A DNA stretch of 64,000 bases from Eledone cirrhosa. Taxonomy: Eukaryota. The stretch spans positions 22,444,001 to 22,508,000 of the forward strand of contig OZ024744.1 in the NCBI GenBank assembly GCA_964016885.1, given 5' to 3'. Made by a program: the position numbers and the translations under genes. The notes under the pieces are model-generated. The model made no database searches and was not told the origin of the DNA. It saw only the letters and a program-made list of their open reading frames with translations. Positions 1-14,400 of the stretch are shown in pieces. Position 1 is the stretch's first letter; every line of letters starts with the position of its first letter.

Positions 1-2442
1 GTCAGTTAGGTTGACATAGATATCATAGGTGGGATGTTGTCGTGGTGGTCACTTAGTTTGACATAGATAACATAGAGTGAGATGTTGTCGTGGTGGTCAG
101 TTAGGTTGACATAGATAACATAGGTGGGATGTTGTCGTGGTGGTCAGTTAGGTTGACATATATAACATAGCTGGGATATTGTCGTGGTCAGTTAGGTTGA
201 CATAGATAACACAGGTGGGATGTTGTCGTGGTGGTCAGTTAGGTTGACATAGATAACATAGGTGGGATGTTGTCGTGGTGGTCAGTTAGGTTGACATAGA
301 TAACATAGAGTGAGATGTTGTCGTGGTGGTAAGTTAGGTTGACATAGATAACATAGAGTGAGATGTTGTCGTGGTGTTCAGTTAGGTTGACATAGATAAC
401 ATAGAGTGAGATGTTGTCGTGGTGGTCAGTTAGGTTGACATAGATAACATAGAGTGAGATGTTGTGGTGGTGGTCAGTTAGGTTGACATAGATAACATAG
501 GTGGGATGTTGTCGTGGTGGTCAGTTAGGTTGACATAGATAACATAGAGCGGGATATTGTTGTGGTGGTCAGTTAGCTTGACATAGATAACATAGGTGGG
601 ATGTTGTCGTCGTGGTCAGTTAGGTTGACTTAGATAACATAGAGTGATATGTTGTCGTGGTGGTCAGTTAGGTTGACATAGATAACATAGGTGGCATGTT
701 GTCGTGGTGGTCAGTTAGGTTGACATAGATAACATAGGTGGGATGTTGTCGTGGTCAGTTAGGTTGACATAGATAACATAGGTGGGATGTTGTCGTGGTG
801 GTCAGTAAGGTTGACATAGATAACATAGGTGGGATGTTGTCGTGGTGGTCAGTTAGGTTGACATAGATAACATAGGTGGGGTGTTGTCGTGGTGGTCAGT
901 TAGGTTGACATAGATAACATAGAGTGAGATGTTGTCGTGGTGGTCAGTTAGGTTGACATAGATAACATAGGTGGGATGTTGTCGTGGTGGTCAATTAGGT
1001 TGACATAGATAACACAGGTGTGATGTTGTCGTGGTCAGTTAGGTTGACATAGATAACATTGGTGGGATGTTGTCGTGGTGGTCAGTTAGGTTGACATAGA
1101 TAACATAGAGTGAGATGTTGTGGTGGTGGTCAGTTAGGTTGACATAGATAACATAGGTGGGATGTTGTCGTGGTGGTCAATTAGGTTGACATAGATAACA
1201 TAGGTGTGATGTTGTCGTGGTCAGTTAGGTTGACATAGATAACATTGGTGGGATGTTGTCGTGGTGGTCAGTTAGGTTGACATAGATAACATAGAGTGAG
1301 ATGTTGTCGTGGTGGTCAGTTAGGTTGACATAGATAACATAGGTGGGATGTTGTCGTGGTGGTCAGTTAGGTTGACATAGATAACATAGGTGGGATGTTG
1401 TCGTGGTCAGTTAGGTTGACAAAGATAACATAGGTGGGATGTTGTCGTGGTGGCCAGTTAGGTTGACATAGATAACATAGAGTGGGATGCTGTCGTGGTG
1501 GTCAGTTAGGTTGACATAGATAACATAGGTGGGATGTTGTCGTGGTCAGTTAGGTTGACTTAGATAACATAGAGTGAGATGTTGTCGTGGTGGTCAGTTA
1601 GGTTGACATAGATAACATAGAGTGAGATGTTGTCGTGGTGGTCAGTTAGGTTGACATAGATAACATAGAGACAGATGTTGTCGTGGTGTTCAGTTAGGTT
1701 GACATAGATAACATAGAGTGAGATGTTGTCGTGGTGGTCAGTTAGGTTGACATAGATAACATAGAGCGGGATGTTGTCGTGGTGGTCAGTTAGGTTGACA
1801 TATATAACATAGGTGGGGTGTTGTCGTGGTCAGTTAGGTTGTCATAGATAACATAGGTGGGATGTTGTCGTCGTGGTCAGTTAAGTTGACATATATAACA
1901 TAGAGTGAGATGTTGTCGTGGTGGTCAGTTAGGTTGACATAGATATCATAGGTGGGATGTTGTCGTGGTGGTCAGTTAGTTTGACATAGATAACATAGAG
2001 TGAGATGTTGTCGTGGTGGTCAGTTAGGTTGACATAGATAACATAGGTGGGATGTTGTCGTGGTGGTCAGTTATTTTGACATAGATAACATAGCTCGGAT
2101 TTTGTCGTGGTCAGTTAGGTTGACATAGATAACATAGGTGGGATGTTGTCGTGGTGGTCAGTTAGGTTGACTTAGATAACATAGGTGGGATGTTGTCGTG
2201 GTGGTCAGTTAGGTTGACATAGATAACATAGAGTGAGATGTTGTCGTCGTGGTAAGTTAGGTTGACATAGATAACATAGAGTGAGATGTTGTCGTGGTGT
2301 TCAGTTAGGTTGACATAGATAACATAGAGTGAGATGTTGTCGTGGTGGTCAGTTAGGTTGACATAGATAACATAGAGTGAGATGTTGTCGTGGTGGTCAG
2401 TTAGGTTGACATAGATAACATAGGTGGGATGTTGTCGTGGTG

Positions 2443-4179
2443 GTCAGTTAGGTTGACATAGATAACATAGAGCGGGATATTGTTGTGATGGTCAGTTAGC
2501 TTGACATAGATAACATAGGTGGGATGTTGTCGTCGTAGTCAGTTAGGTTGACATAGATAACATAGAGTGAGATGTTGTCGTGGTGGTCAGTTAGGTTGAC
2601 ATAGATAACATAGGTGGGATGTTGTCGTGGTGGTCAGTTAGGTTGACATAGATAACATAGGTGGGATGCTGTCGTGGTCAGTTAGGTTGACATAGATAAC
2701 ATAGGTGGGATGTTGTCGTGATGGTCAGTTAGGTTGACATAGATAACATAGGTGGGATGTTGTCGTGGTGGTCAGTTAGGTTGACATAGATAACATAGGT
2801 GGGGTGTTGTCGTGGTGGTCAGTTAGGTTGACATAGATAACATAGAGTCAGATGTTGTCGTGGTGGTCAGTTAGGTTGACATAGATAACATAGGTGGGAT
2901 GTTGTCGTGGTGGTCAATTAGGTTGACATAGATAACATAGGTGTGATGTTGTCGTGGTCAGTTAGGTTGACATAGATAACATTGGTGGGATGTTGTCGTG
3001 GTGGTCAGTTAGGTTGACATAGATAACATAGAGTGAGATGTTGTCGTGGTGGTCAGTTAGGTTGACATAGATAACATAGGTGGGATGTTGTCGTGGTGGT
3101 CAGTTAGGTTGACATAGATAACATAGGTGGGATGTTGTCGTGGTCAGTTAGGTTGACAAAGATAACATAGGTGGGATGTTGTCGTGGTGGTCAGTTAGGT
3201 TGACATAGATAACATAGAGTGGGATGTTGTCGTGGTGGTCAGTTAGGTTGACATAGATAACATAGGTGGGATGTTGTCGTGGTCAGTTAGGTTGACTTAG
3301 ATAACATAGAGTGAGATGTTGTCGTGGTGGTCAGTTAGGTTGACATAGATAACATAGAGTGAGATGTTGTCGTGGTGGTCAGTTAGGTTGACATAGATAA
3401 CATAGAGTCAGATGTTGTCGTGGTGTTCAGTTAGGTTGACATAGATAACATAGAGTGAGATGTTGTCGTGGTGGTCAGTTAGGTTGACATAGATAACATA
3501 GAGCGGGATGTTGTCGTGGTGGTCAGTTAGGTTGACATATATAACATAGGTGGGGTGTTGTCGTGGTCAGTTACGTTGTCATAGATAACATAGGTGGGAT
3601 GTTGTCGTCGTGGTCAGTTAGGTTGACATATATAACATAGAGTGAGATGTTGTCGTGGTGGTCAGTTAGGTTGACATAGATATCATAGGTGGGATGTTGT
3701 CGTGGTGGTCACTTAGTTTGACATAGATAACATAGAGTGACATGTTGTCGTGGTGGTCAGTTAGGTTGACATAGATAACATAGGTGGGATGTTGTCGTGG
3801 TGGTCAGTTAGGTTGACATATATAACATAACTGGGATGTTGTCGTGGTCAGTTAGGTTGACATAGATAACATAGGTGGGATGTTGTCGTGGTGGTCAGTT
3901 AGGTTGACATAGATAACATAGGTGGGATGTTGACGTGGTGGTCAGTTAGGTTGACATAGATAACATAGAGTGAGATGTTGTCGTGGTGGTAAGTTAGGTT
4001 GACATAGATAACATAGAGTGAGATGTTGTCGTGGTGTTCAGTTAGGTTGACATAGATAACATAGAGTGAGATGTTGTCGTGGTGGTCAGTTAGGTTGACA
4101 TAGATAACATAGAGTGAGATGTTGTCGTGGTGGTCAGTTAGGTTGACATAGATAACATAGGTGGGATGTTGTCGTGGTG
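2443..4179 (+). repeat. Reference copy of a 37-monomer, 1,737-bp higher-order repeat (HOR-37)
   Basis: Marker GAGCGGGATATTGTTG occurs at 2470 and 4207 (offset 1737), with 37 monomers counted between. The preceding copy (marker at 547) is 1,923 bp = 1,737 plus a 186-bp four-monomer duplication (GTCAATT at 990 and 1176). Confidence 0.9.
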
Positions 4180-6749
4180 GTCAGTTAGGTTGACATAGAT
4201 AACATAGAGCGGGATATTGTTGTGGTGGTCAGTTAGCTTGACATAGATAACATAGGTGGGATGTTGTCGTCGTGGTCAGTTAGGTTGACATAGATAACAT
4301 AGAGTGAGATGTTGTCGTGGTGGTCAGTTAGGTTGACATAGATAACATAGGTGGGATGTTGTCGTGGTGGTCAGTTAGGTTGACATAGATAACATAGGTG
4401 GGATGCTGTCGTGGTCAGTTAGGTTGACATAGATAACATAGGTGGGATGTTGTCGTGGTGGTCAGTTAGGTTGACATAGATAACATAGGTGGGATGTTGT
4501 CGTGGTGGTCAGTTAGGTTGACATAGATAACATAGGTGGGGTGTTGTCGTGGTGGTCAGTTAGGTTGACATAGATAACATAGAGTGAGATGTTGTCGTGG
4601 TGGTCAGTTAGGTTGACATAGATAACATAGGTGGGATGTTGTCGTGGTGGTCAATTAGGTTGACATAGATAACATAGGTGTGATGTTGTCGTGGTCAGTT
4701 AGGTTGACATAGATAACATTGGTGGGATGTTGTCGTGGTGGTCAGTTAGGTTGACATAGATAACATAGAGTGAGATGTTGTCGTGGTGGTCAGTTAGGTT
4801 GACATAGATAACATAGGTGGGATGTTGTCGTGGTGGTCAGTTAGGTTGACATAGATAACATAGGTGGGATGTTGTCGTGGCAGTTAGGTTGACAAAGATA
4901 ACATAGGTGGGATGTTGTCGTGGTGGTCAGTTAGGTTGACATAGATAACATAGAGTGGGATGTTGTCGTGGTGGTCAGTTAGGTTGACATAGATAACATA
5001 GGTGGGATGTTGTCGTGGTCAGTTAGGTTGACTTAGATAACATAGAGTGAGATGTTGTCGTGGTGGTCAGTTAGGTTGACATAGATAACAGAGAGTGAGA
5101 TGTTGTCGTGGTGTTCAGTTAGGTTGACATAGTTAACATAGAGTGAGATGTGGTCGTGGTGGTCAGTTAGGTTGACATAGATAACATAGAGCGGGATGTT
5201 GTCGTGGTGGTCAGTTAGGTTGACATATATAACATAGGTGGGGTGTTGTCGTGGTGGTCAGTTAGGTTGACATTGATAACATAGGTGGGGTATTGTCGTG
5301 GTCAGTTAGCTTGACATAGATAACATAGAGTGAGATGTTGTCGTGGTGGTCAGTTAGGTTGACATAGATAACATAGAGTGATATGTTGTCGTGGTGTTCA
5401 GTTAGGTTGACATAGATAACATAGAGTGAGATGTTGTCGTGGTGGTCAGTTAGTTTGACATAGATAACATAGGTGGGATGTTGTCGTGGTCAGTTAGGTT
5501 GTCATAGATAACATAGGTGGGATGTTGTCGTCGTGGTCAGTTACGTTGACATATATAACATAGAGTGAGATGTTGTCGTGGTGGTCAGTTAGGTTGACAT
5601 AGATATCATATGTGGGATGTTGTCGTGGTGGTCAGTTAGTTTGACATAGATAACATAGAGTGAGATGTTGTCGTGGTGGTCAGTTAGGTTGACATAGATA
5701 ACATAGGTGGGATGTTGTCGTGGTGGTCAGTTAGGTTGACATAGATAAGATAGCTGGGATGTTGTCGTGGTCAGTTAGGTTGACATAGATAACATAGGTG
5801 GGATGTTGTCGTGGTGGTCAGTTAGGTTGACATAGATAACATAGGTGGGGTGTTGTCGTGGTGGTCAGTTAGGTTGACATAGATAACATAGAGTGAGATG
5901 TTGTCGTGGTGGTCAGTTAGGTTGACATAGATAACATAGGTGGGATGTTGTCGTGGTGGTCAATTAGGTTGACATAGATAACATAGGTGTGATGTTGTCG
6001 TGGTCAGTTAGGTTGACATAGATAACATTGGTGGGATGTTGTCGTGGTGGTCAGTTAGGTTGACATAGATAACATAGAGTGAGATGTTGTCGTGGTGGTC
6101 AGTTAGGTTGACATAGATAACATAGGTGGGATGTTGTCGTGGTGGTCAGTTAGGTTGACATAGATAACATAGGTGGGATGTTGTCGTGGTCAGTTAGGTT
6201 GACAAATATAACATAGATGGGATGTTGTCGTGGTGGTCAGTTAGGTTGACATAGATAACATAGAGTGGGATGTTGTCGTGGTGGTCAGTTAGGTTGACAT
6301 AGATAACATAGGTGTGATGTTGTCGTGGTCAGTTAGGTTGACTTAGATAACATAGAGTGAGATGTTGTCGTGGTGGTCAGTTAGGTTGACATAGATAACA
6401 TAGGTGGGATGTTGTCGTGGTGGTCAATTAGGTTGACATAGATAACATAGGTGTGATGTTGTCGTGGTCAGTTAGGTTGACATAGATAACATTGGTGGGA
6501 TGTTGTCGTGGTGGTCAGTTAGGTTGACATAGATAACATAGAGTGAGATGTTGTCGTGATGGTCAGTTAGGTTGACATAGATAACATAGGTGGGATGTTG
6601 TCGTGGTGGTCAATTAGGTTGACATAGATAACATAGGTGGGATGTTGTCGTGGTGGTCAGTTAGGTTGACATAGATAACATAGGTGGGATGTTGTCGTGG
6701 TCAGTTAGGTTGACAAAGATAACATAGGTGGGATGTTGTCGTGGTGGTC

Positions 6750-9700
6750 AGTTAGGTTGACATAGATAACATAGAGTGGGATGTTGTCGTGGTGGTCAGT
6801 TAGGTTGACATAGATAACATAGGTGGGATGTTGTCGTGGTCAGTTAGGTTGACTTAGATAACATAGAGTGAGATGTTGTCGTGGTGGTCAGTTAGGTTGA
6901 CATAGATAACATAGAGTGAGATGTTGTCGTTGTGGTCAGTTAGGTTGACATAGATAACATAGAGTCAGATGTTGTCGTGGTGTTCAGTTAGGTTGACATA
7001 GATAACATAGAGTGAGATGTTGTCGTGGTGGTCAGTTAGGTTGACATAGATAACATAGAGCGGGATGTTGTCGTGGTGGTCAGTTAGGTTGACATATATA
7101 ACATAGGTGGGGTGTTGTCGTGGTCAGTTACGTTGTCATAGATAACATAGGTGGGATGTTGTCGTCGTCGTCAGTTAGGTTGACATATATAACATAGAGT
7201 GAGATGTTGTCGTGGTGGTCAGTTAGGTTGACATAGATATCATAGGTGGGATGTTGTCGTGGTGGTCACTTAGTTTGACATAGATAACATAGAGTGAGAT
7301 GTTGTCGTGGTGGTCAGTTAGGTTGACATAGATAACATAGGTGGGATGTTGTCGTGGTGGTCAGTTAGGTTGACATATATAACATAGCTGGGATATTGTC
7401 GTGGTCAGTTAGGTTGACATAGATAACACAGGTGGGATGTTGTCGTGGTGGTCAGTTAGGTTGACATAGATAACATAGGTGGGATGTTGTCGTGGTGGTC
7501 AGTTAGGTTGACATAGATAACATAGAGTGAGATGTTGTCGTGGTGGTAAGTTAGGTTGACATAGATAACATAGAGTGAGATGTTGTCGTGGTGTTCAGTT
7601 AGGTTGACATAGATAACATAGAGTGAGATGTTGTCGTGGTGGTCAGTTAGGTTGACATAGATAACATAGAGTGAGATGTTGTGGTGGTGGTCAGTTAGGT
7701 TGACATAGATAACATAGGTGGGATGTTGTCGTGGTGGTCAGTTAGGTTGACATAGATAACATAGAGCGGGATATTGTTGTGGTGGTCAGTTAGCTTGACA
7801 TAGATAACATAGGTGGGATGTTGTCGTCGTGGTCAGTTAGGTTGACTTAGATAACATAGAGTGATATGTTGTCGTGGTGGTCAGTTAGGTTGACATAGAT
7901 AACATAGGTGGCATGTTGTCGTGGTGGTCAGTTAGGTTGACATAGATAACATAGGTGGGATGTTGTCGTGGTCAGTTAGGTTGACATAGATAACATAGGT
8001 GGGATGTTGTCGTGGTGGTCAGTAAGGTTGACATAGATAACATAGGTGGGATGTTGTCGTGGTGGTCAGTTAGGTTGACATAGATAACATAGAGTGGGAT
8101 GTTGTCGTGGTGGTCAGTTAGGTTGACATAGATAACATAGGTGGGATGTTGTCGTGGTCAGTTAGGTTGACTTAGATAACATAGAGTGAGATGTTGTCGT
8201 GGTGGTCAGTTAGGTTGACATAGATAACATAGAGTGAGATGTTGTCGTTGTGGTCAGTTAGGTTGACATAGATAACATAGAGTCAGATGTTGTCGTGGTG
8301 TTCAGTTAGGTTGACATAGATAACATAGAGTGAGATGTTGTCGTGGTGGTCAGTTAGGTTGACATAGATAACATAGAGCGGGATGTTGTCGTGGTGGTCA
8401 GTTAGGTTGACATATATAACATAGGTGGGGTGTTGTCGTGGTCAGTTACGTTGTCATAGATAACATAGGTGGGATGTTGTCGTCGTCGTCAGTTAGGTTG
8501 ACATATATAACATAGAGTGAGATGTTGTCGTGGTGGTCAGTTAGGTTGACATAGATATCATAGGTGGGATGTTGTCGTGGTGGTCACTTAGTTTGACATA
8601 GATAACATAGAGTGAGATGTTGTCGTGGTGGTCAGTTAGGTTGACATAGATAACATAGGTGGGATGTTGTCGTGGTGGTCAGTTAGGTTGACATATATAA
8701 CATAGCTGGGATATTGTCGTGGTCAGTTAGGTTGACATAGATAACACAGGTGGGATGTTGTCGTGGTGGTCAGTTAGGTTGACATAGATAACATAGGTGG
8801 GATGTTGTCGTGGTGGTCAGTTAGGTTGACATAGATAACATAGAGTGAGATGTTGTCGTGGTGGTAAGTTAGGTTGACATAGATAACATAGAGTGAGATG
8901 TTGTCGTGGTGTTCAGTTAGGTTGACATAGATAACATAGAGTGAGATGTTGTCGTGGTGGTCAGTTAGGTTGACATAGATAACATAGAGTGAGATGTTGT
9001 GGTGGTGGTCAGTTAGGTTGACATAGATAACATAGGTGGGATGTTGTCGTGGTGGTCAGTTAGGTTGACATAGATAACATAGAGCGGGATATTGTTGTGG
9101 TGGTCAGTTAGCTTGACATAGATAACATAGGTGGGATGTTGTCGTCGTGGTCAGTTAGGTTGACTTAGATAACATAGAGTGATATGTTGTCGTGGTGGTC
9201 AGTTAGGTTGACATAGATAACATAGGTGGCATGTTGTCGTGGTGGTCAGTTAGGTTGACATAGATAACATAGGTGGGATGTTGTCGTGGTCAGTTAGGTT
9301 GACATAGATAACATAGGTGGGATGTTGTCGTGGTGGTCAGTAAGGTTGACATAGATAACATAGGTGGGATGTTGTCGTGGTGGTCAGTTAGGTTGACATA
9401 GATAACATAGGTGGGGTGTTGTCGTGGTGGTCAGTTAGGTTGACATAGATAACATAGAGTGAGATGTTGTCGTGGTGGTCAGTTAGGTTGACATAGATAA
9501 CATAGGTGGGATGTTGTCGTGGTGGTCAATTAGGTTGACATAGATAACACAGGTGTGATGTTGTCGTGGTCAGTTAGGTTGACATAGATAACATTGGTGG
9601 GATGTTGTCGTGGTGGTCAGTTAGGTTGACATAGATAACATAGAGTGAGATGTTGTCGTGGTGGTCAGTTAGGTTGACATAGATAACATAGGTGGGATGT

Positions 9701-11400
9701 TGTCGTGGTGGTCAGTTAGGTTGACATAGATAACATAGGTGGGATGTTGTCGAGGTCAGTTAGGTTGACATAGATAACATAGGTGGGATGTTGTCGTGGT
9801 CAGTTAGGTTGACTTAGATAACATAGAGTGAGATGTTGTCGTGGTGGTCAGTTAGGTTGACATAGATAACATAGAGTGAGATGTTGTCGTTGTGGTCAGT
9901 TAGGTTGACATAGATAACATAGAGTCAGATGTTGTCGTGGTGTTCAGTTAGGTTGACATAGATAACATAGAGTGAGATGTTGTCGTGGTGGTCAGTTAGG
10001 TTGACATAGATAACATAGAGCGGGATGTTGTCGTGGTGGTCAGTTAGGTTGACATATATAACATAGGTGGGGTGTTGTCGTGGTCAGTTACGTTGTCATA
10101 GATAACATAGGTGGGATGTTGTCGTCGTCGTCAGTTAGGTTGACATATATAACATAGAGTGAGATGTTGTCGTGGTGGTCAGTTAGGTTGACATAGATAT
10201 CATAGGTGGGATGTTGTCGTGGTGGTCACTTAGTTTGACATAGATAACATAGAGTGAGATGTTGTCGTGGTGGTCAGTTAGGTTGACATAGATAACATAG
10301 GTGGGATGTTGTCGTGGTGGTCAGTTAGGTTGACATATATAACATAGCTGGGATATTGTCGTGGTCAGTTAGGTTGACATAGATAACACAGGTGGGATGT
10401 TGTCGTGGTGGTCAGTTAGGTTGACATAGATAACATAGGTGGGATGTTGTCGTGGTGGTCAGTTAGGTTGACATAGATAACATAGAGTGAGATGTTGTCG
10501 TGGTGGTAAGTTAGGTTGACATAGATAACATAGAGTGAGATGTTGTCGTGGTGTTCAGTTAGGTTGACATAGATAACATAGAGTGAGATGTTGTCGTGGT
10601 GGTCAGTTAGGTTGACATAGATAACATAGAGTGAGATGTTGTGGTGGTGGTCAGTTAGGTTGACATAGATAACATAGGTGGGATGTTGTCGTGGTGGTCA
10701 GTTAGGTTGACATAGATAACATAGAGCGGGATATTGTTGTGGTGGTCAGTTAGCTTGACATAGATAACATAGGTGGGATGTTGTCGTCGTGGTCAGTTAG
10801 GTTGACTTAGATAACATAGAGTGATATGTTGTCGTGGTGGTCAGTTAGGTTGACATAGATAACATAGGTGGCATGTTGTCGTGGTGGTCAGTTAGGTTGA
10901 CATAGATAACATAGGTGGGATGTTGTCGTGGTCAGTTAGGTTGACATAGATAACATAGGTGGGATGTTGTCGTGGTGGTCAGTAAGGTTGACATAGATAA
11001 CATAGGTGGGATGTTGTCGTGGTGGTCAGTTAGGTTGACATAGATAACATAGGTGGGGTGTTGTCGTGGTGGTCAGTTAGGTTGACATAGATAACATAGA
11101 GTGAGATGTTGTCGTGGTGGTCAGTTAGGTTGACATAGATAACATAGGTGGGATGTTGTCGTGGTGGTCAATTAGGTTGACATAGATAACACAGGTGTGA
11201 TGTTGTCGTGGTCAGTTAGGTTGACATAGATAACATTGGTGGGATGTTGTCGTGGTGGTCAGTTAGGTTGACATAGATAACATAGAGTGAGATGTTGTCG
11301 TGGTGGTCAGTTAGGTTGACATAGATAACATAGGTGGGATGTTGTCGTGGTGGTCAGTTAGGTTGACATAGATAACATAGGTGGGATGTTGTCGAGGTCA
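6750..11400 (+). repeat. Three near-identical truncated HOR-37 derivatives with periods of 1,318 and 1,642 bp
   Basis: GTCACTTAGTTT occurs at 7265, 8583 and 10225. GTGGCATG occurs at 7908, 9226 and 10868. GAGCGGGATATT occurs at 7764, 9082 and 10724. All three markers give offsets of 1318 then 1642. Confidence 0.85.
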
Positions 11401-14400
11401 GTTAGGTTGACAAAGATAACATAGGTGGGATGTTGTCGTGGTGGTCAGTTAGGTTGACATAGATAACATAGAGTGGGATGTTGTCGTGGTGGTCAGTTAG
11501 GTTGACATAGATAACAGGTGGGATGTTGTCGTGGTCAGTTAGGTTGACTTAGATAACATAGAGTGAGATGTTGTCGTGGTGGTCAGTTAGGTTGACATAG
11601 ATAACATAGAGTGAGATGTTGTCGTGGTGGTCAGTTAGGTTGACATAGATAAAATAGAGTCAGATGTTGTCGTGGTGTTCAGTTAGGTTGACATAGATAA
11701 CATAGAGAGAGATGTTGTCGTGGTGGTCAGTTAGGTTGACATAGATAACATAGAGCGGGATGTTGTCGTGGTCAGTTAGGTTGACATAGATAACATTGGT
11801 GGGATGTTGTCGTGGTGGTCAGTTAGTTTGACATAGATAACATAGAGTGAGATGTTGTCGTGGTGGCCAGTTAGGTTGACATAGATAACATAGGTGGGAT
11901 GTTGTCGTGGTGGTCAGTTAGGTTGACATATATAACATAGGTGGGGTGTTGTCGTGGTGGTCAGTTAGGTTGACATAGATAACATAGAGTGAGATGATTT
12001 CGTGGTGGTTAGTTAGGTTGACATAGATAAAATAGGTGGGATGTTGTCGTGGTGGTCAGTTAGGTTGACATTGATAACATAGGTGGGATGTTGTCGTGGT
12101 CAGTTAGCTTGACATAGATAACATAGAGTGAGATGTTGTCGTGGTGGTCAGTTAGGTTGACATAGATAACATAGAGTGATATGTTGTCGTGGTGTTCAGT
12201 TAGGTTGACATAGATAACATAGAGTGAGATGTTGTCGTGGTGGTCAGTTAGTTTGACATAGATAACATAGGTGGGATGTTGTCGTGGTCAGTTAGGTTGT
12301 CATAGATAACATAGGTGGGATGTTGTCGTCGTGGTCAGTTACGTTGACATATATAACATAGAGTGAGATGTTGTCGTGGTGGTCAGTTAGGTTGACATAG
12401 ATATCATATGTGGGATGTTGTCGTGGTGGTCAGTTAGTTTGACATAGATAACATAGAGTGAGATGTTGTCGTGGTGGTCAGTTAGGTTGACATAGATAAC
12501 ATAGGTGGGATGTTGTCGTGGTGGTCAGTTAGGTTGACATAGATAAGATAGCTGGGATGTTGTCGTGGTCAGTTAGGTTGACATAGATAACATAGGTGGG
12601 ATGTTGTCGTGGTGGTCAGTTAGGTTGACATAGATAACATAGGTGGGGTGTTGTCGTGGTGGTCAGTTAGGTTGACATAGATAACATAGAGTGAGATGTT
12701 GTCGTGGTGGTCAGTTAGGTTGACATAGATAACATAGGTGGGATGTTGTCGTGGTGGTCAGTTAGGTTGACATAGATAACATAGGTGGGATGTTGTCGTG
12801 GTCAGTTAGGTTGACAAAGATAACATAGATGGGATGTTGTCGTGGTGGTCAGTTAGGTTGACATAGATAACATAGAGTGGGATGTTGTCGTGGTGGTCAG
12901 TTAGGTTGACATAGATAACATAGGTGTGATGTTGTCGTGGTCAGTTAGGTTGACTTAGATAACATAGAGTGAGATGTTGTCGTGGTGGTCAGTTAGGTTG
13001 ACATAGATAACATAGGTGGGATGTTGTCGTGGTGGTCAGTTAGGTTGACATAGATAAGATAGCTGGGATGTTGTCGTGGTCAGTTAGGTTGACATAGATA
13101 ACATAGGTGGGATGTTGTCGTGGTGGTCAGTTAGGATGACATAGATAACATAGGTGGGGTGTTGTCGTTGTGGTCAGTTAGGTTGACATAGATAACATAG
13201 AGTGAGATGTTGTCGTGGTGGTCAGTTAGGTTGACATAGATAACATAGGTGGGATGTTGTCGTGGTGGTCAATTAGGTTGACATAGATAACATAGGTGTG
13301 ATGTTGTCGTGGTCAGTTAGGTTGACATAGATAACATTGGTGGGATGTTGTCGTGGTGGTCAGTTAGGTTGACATAGATAACATAGAGTGAGATGTTGTC
13401 GTGGTGGTCAGTTAGGTTGACATAGATAACATAGGTGGGATGTTGTCGTGGTGGTCAGTTAGGTTGACATAGATAACATAGGTGGGATGTTGTCGTGGTC
13501 AGTTAGGTTGACAAAGATATCATAGGTGGGATGTTGTCGTGGTGGTCAGTTAGGTTGACATAGATAATATAGAGTGGGATGTTGTCGTGGTGGTCAGTTA
13601 GGTTGACATAGATAACATAGGTGGGATGTTGTCGTGGTCAGTTAGGTTGACTTAGATAACATAGAGTGAGATGTTGTCGTGGTGGTCAGTTAGGTTGACA
13701 TAGATAACATAGAGTGAGATGTTGTCGTGGTGGTCAGTTAGGTTGACATAGATATCATAGGTGGGATGTTGTCGTGGTGGTCAGTTAGGTTGACATAGAT
13801 AACATAGAGTGAGATGATTTCGTGGTGGTTAGTTAGGTTGACATAGATAAAATAGGTGGGATGTTGTCGTGGTGGTCAGTTAGGTTGACATTGATAACAT
13901 AGGTGGGATGTTGTCGTGGTCAGTTAGCTTGACATAGATAACATAGAGTGAGATGTTGTCGTGGTGGTCAGTTAGGTTGACATAGATAACATAGAGTGAT
14001 ATGTTGTCGTGGTGTTCAGTTAGGTTGACATAGATAACATAGAGTGAGATGTTGTCGTGGTGGTCAGTTAGTTTGACATAGATAACATAGGTGGGATGTT
14101 GTCGTGGTCAGTTAGGTTGACATAGATAACATGGGTGGGATGTTGTCGTGGTGGTCAGTTAGGTTGACATAGATAACATAGGTGGGATGTTGTCGTGGTG
14201 GTCAGTTAGGTTGACATAGATAACATAGGTGGGATGTTGTCGTGGTCAGTTAGGTTGACAAAGATATCATAGGTGGGATGTTGTCGTGGTGGTCAGTTAG
14301 GTTGACATAGATAACATAGAGTGAGATGTTGTCGTGGTGGTCAGTTAGGTTGACATAGATAACATAGGTGGGATGTCGTGGTGGTCAGTTAGATTGACAT

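Noticed and set aside
11-39. Sigma70 promoter array (perfect TTGACA in each unit)
   Set aside because: The hexamer 17 bp downstream is ATGTTG, not TATAAT-like. There is no bacterial context or downstream gene.
3282-3521. Minus-strand repetitive ORF (HHDNISLYVIYVNLTD)n through 48-bp units
   Set aside because: It is open only across runs of about five B units and has no in-frame ATG in the consensus. Every 47-bp or 44-bp unit shifts the frame into TAA or TGA. The mixed unit lengths show no frame preservation.
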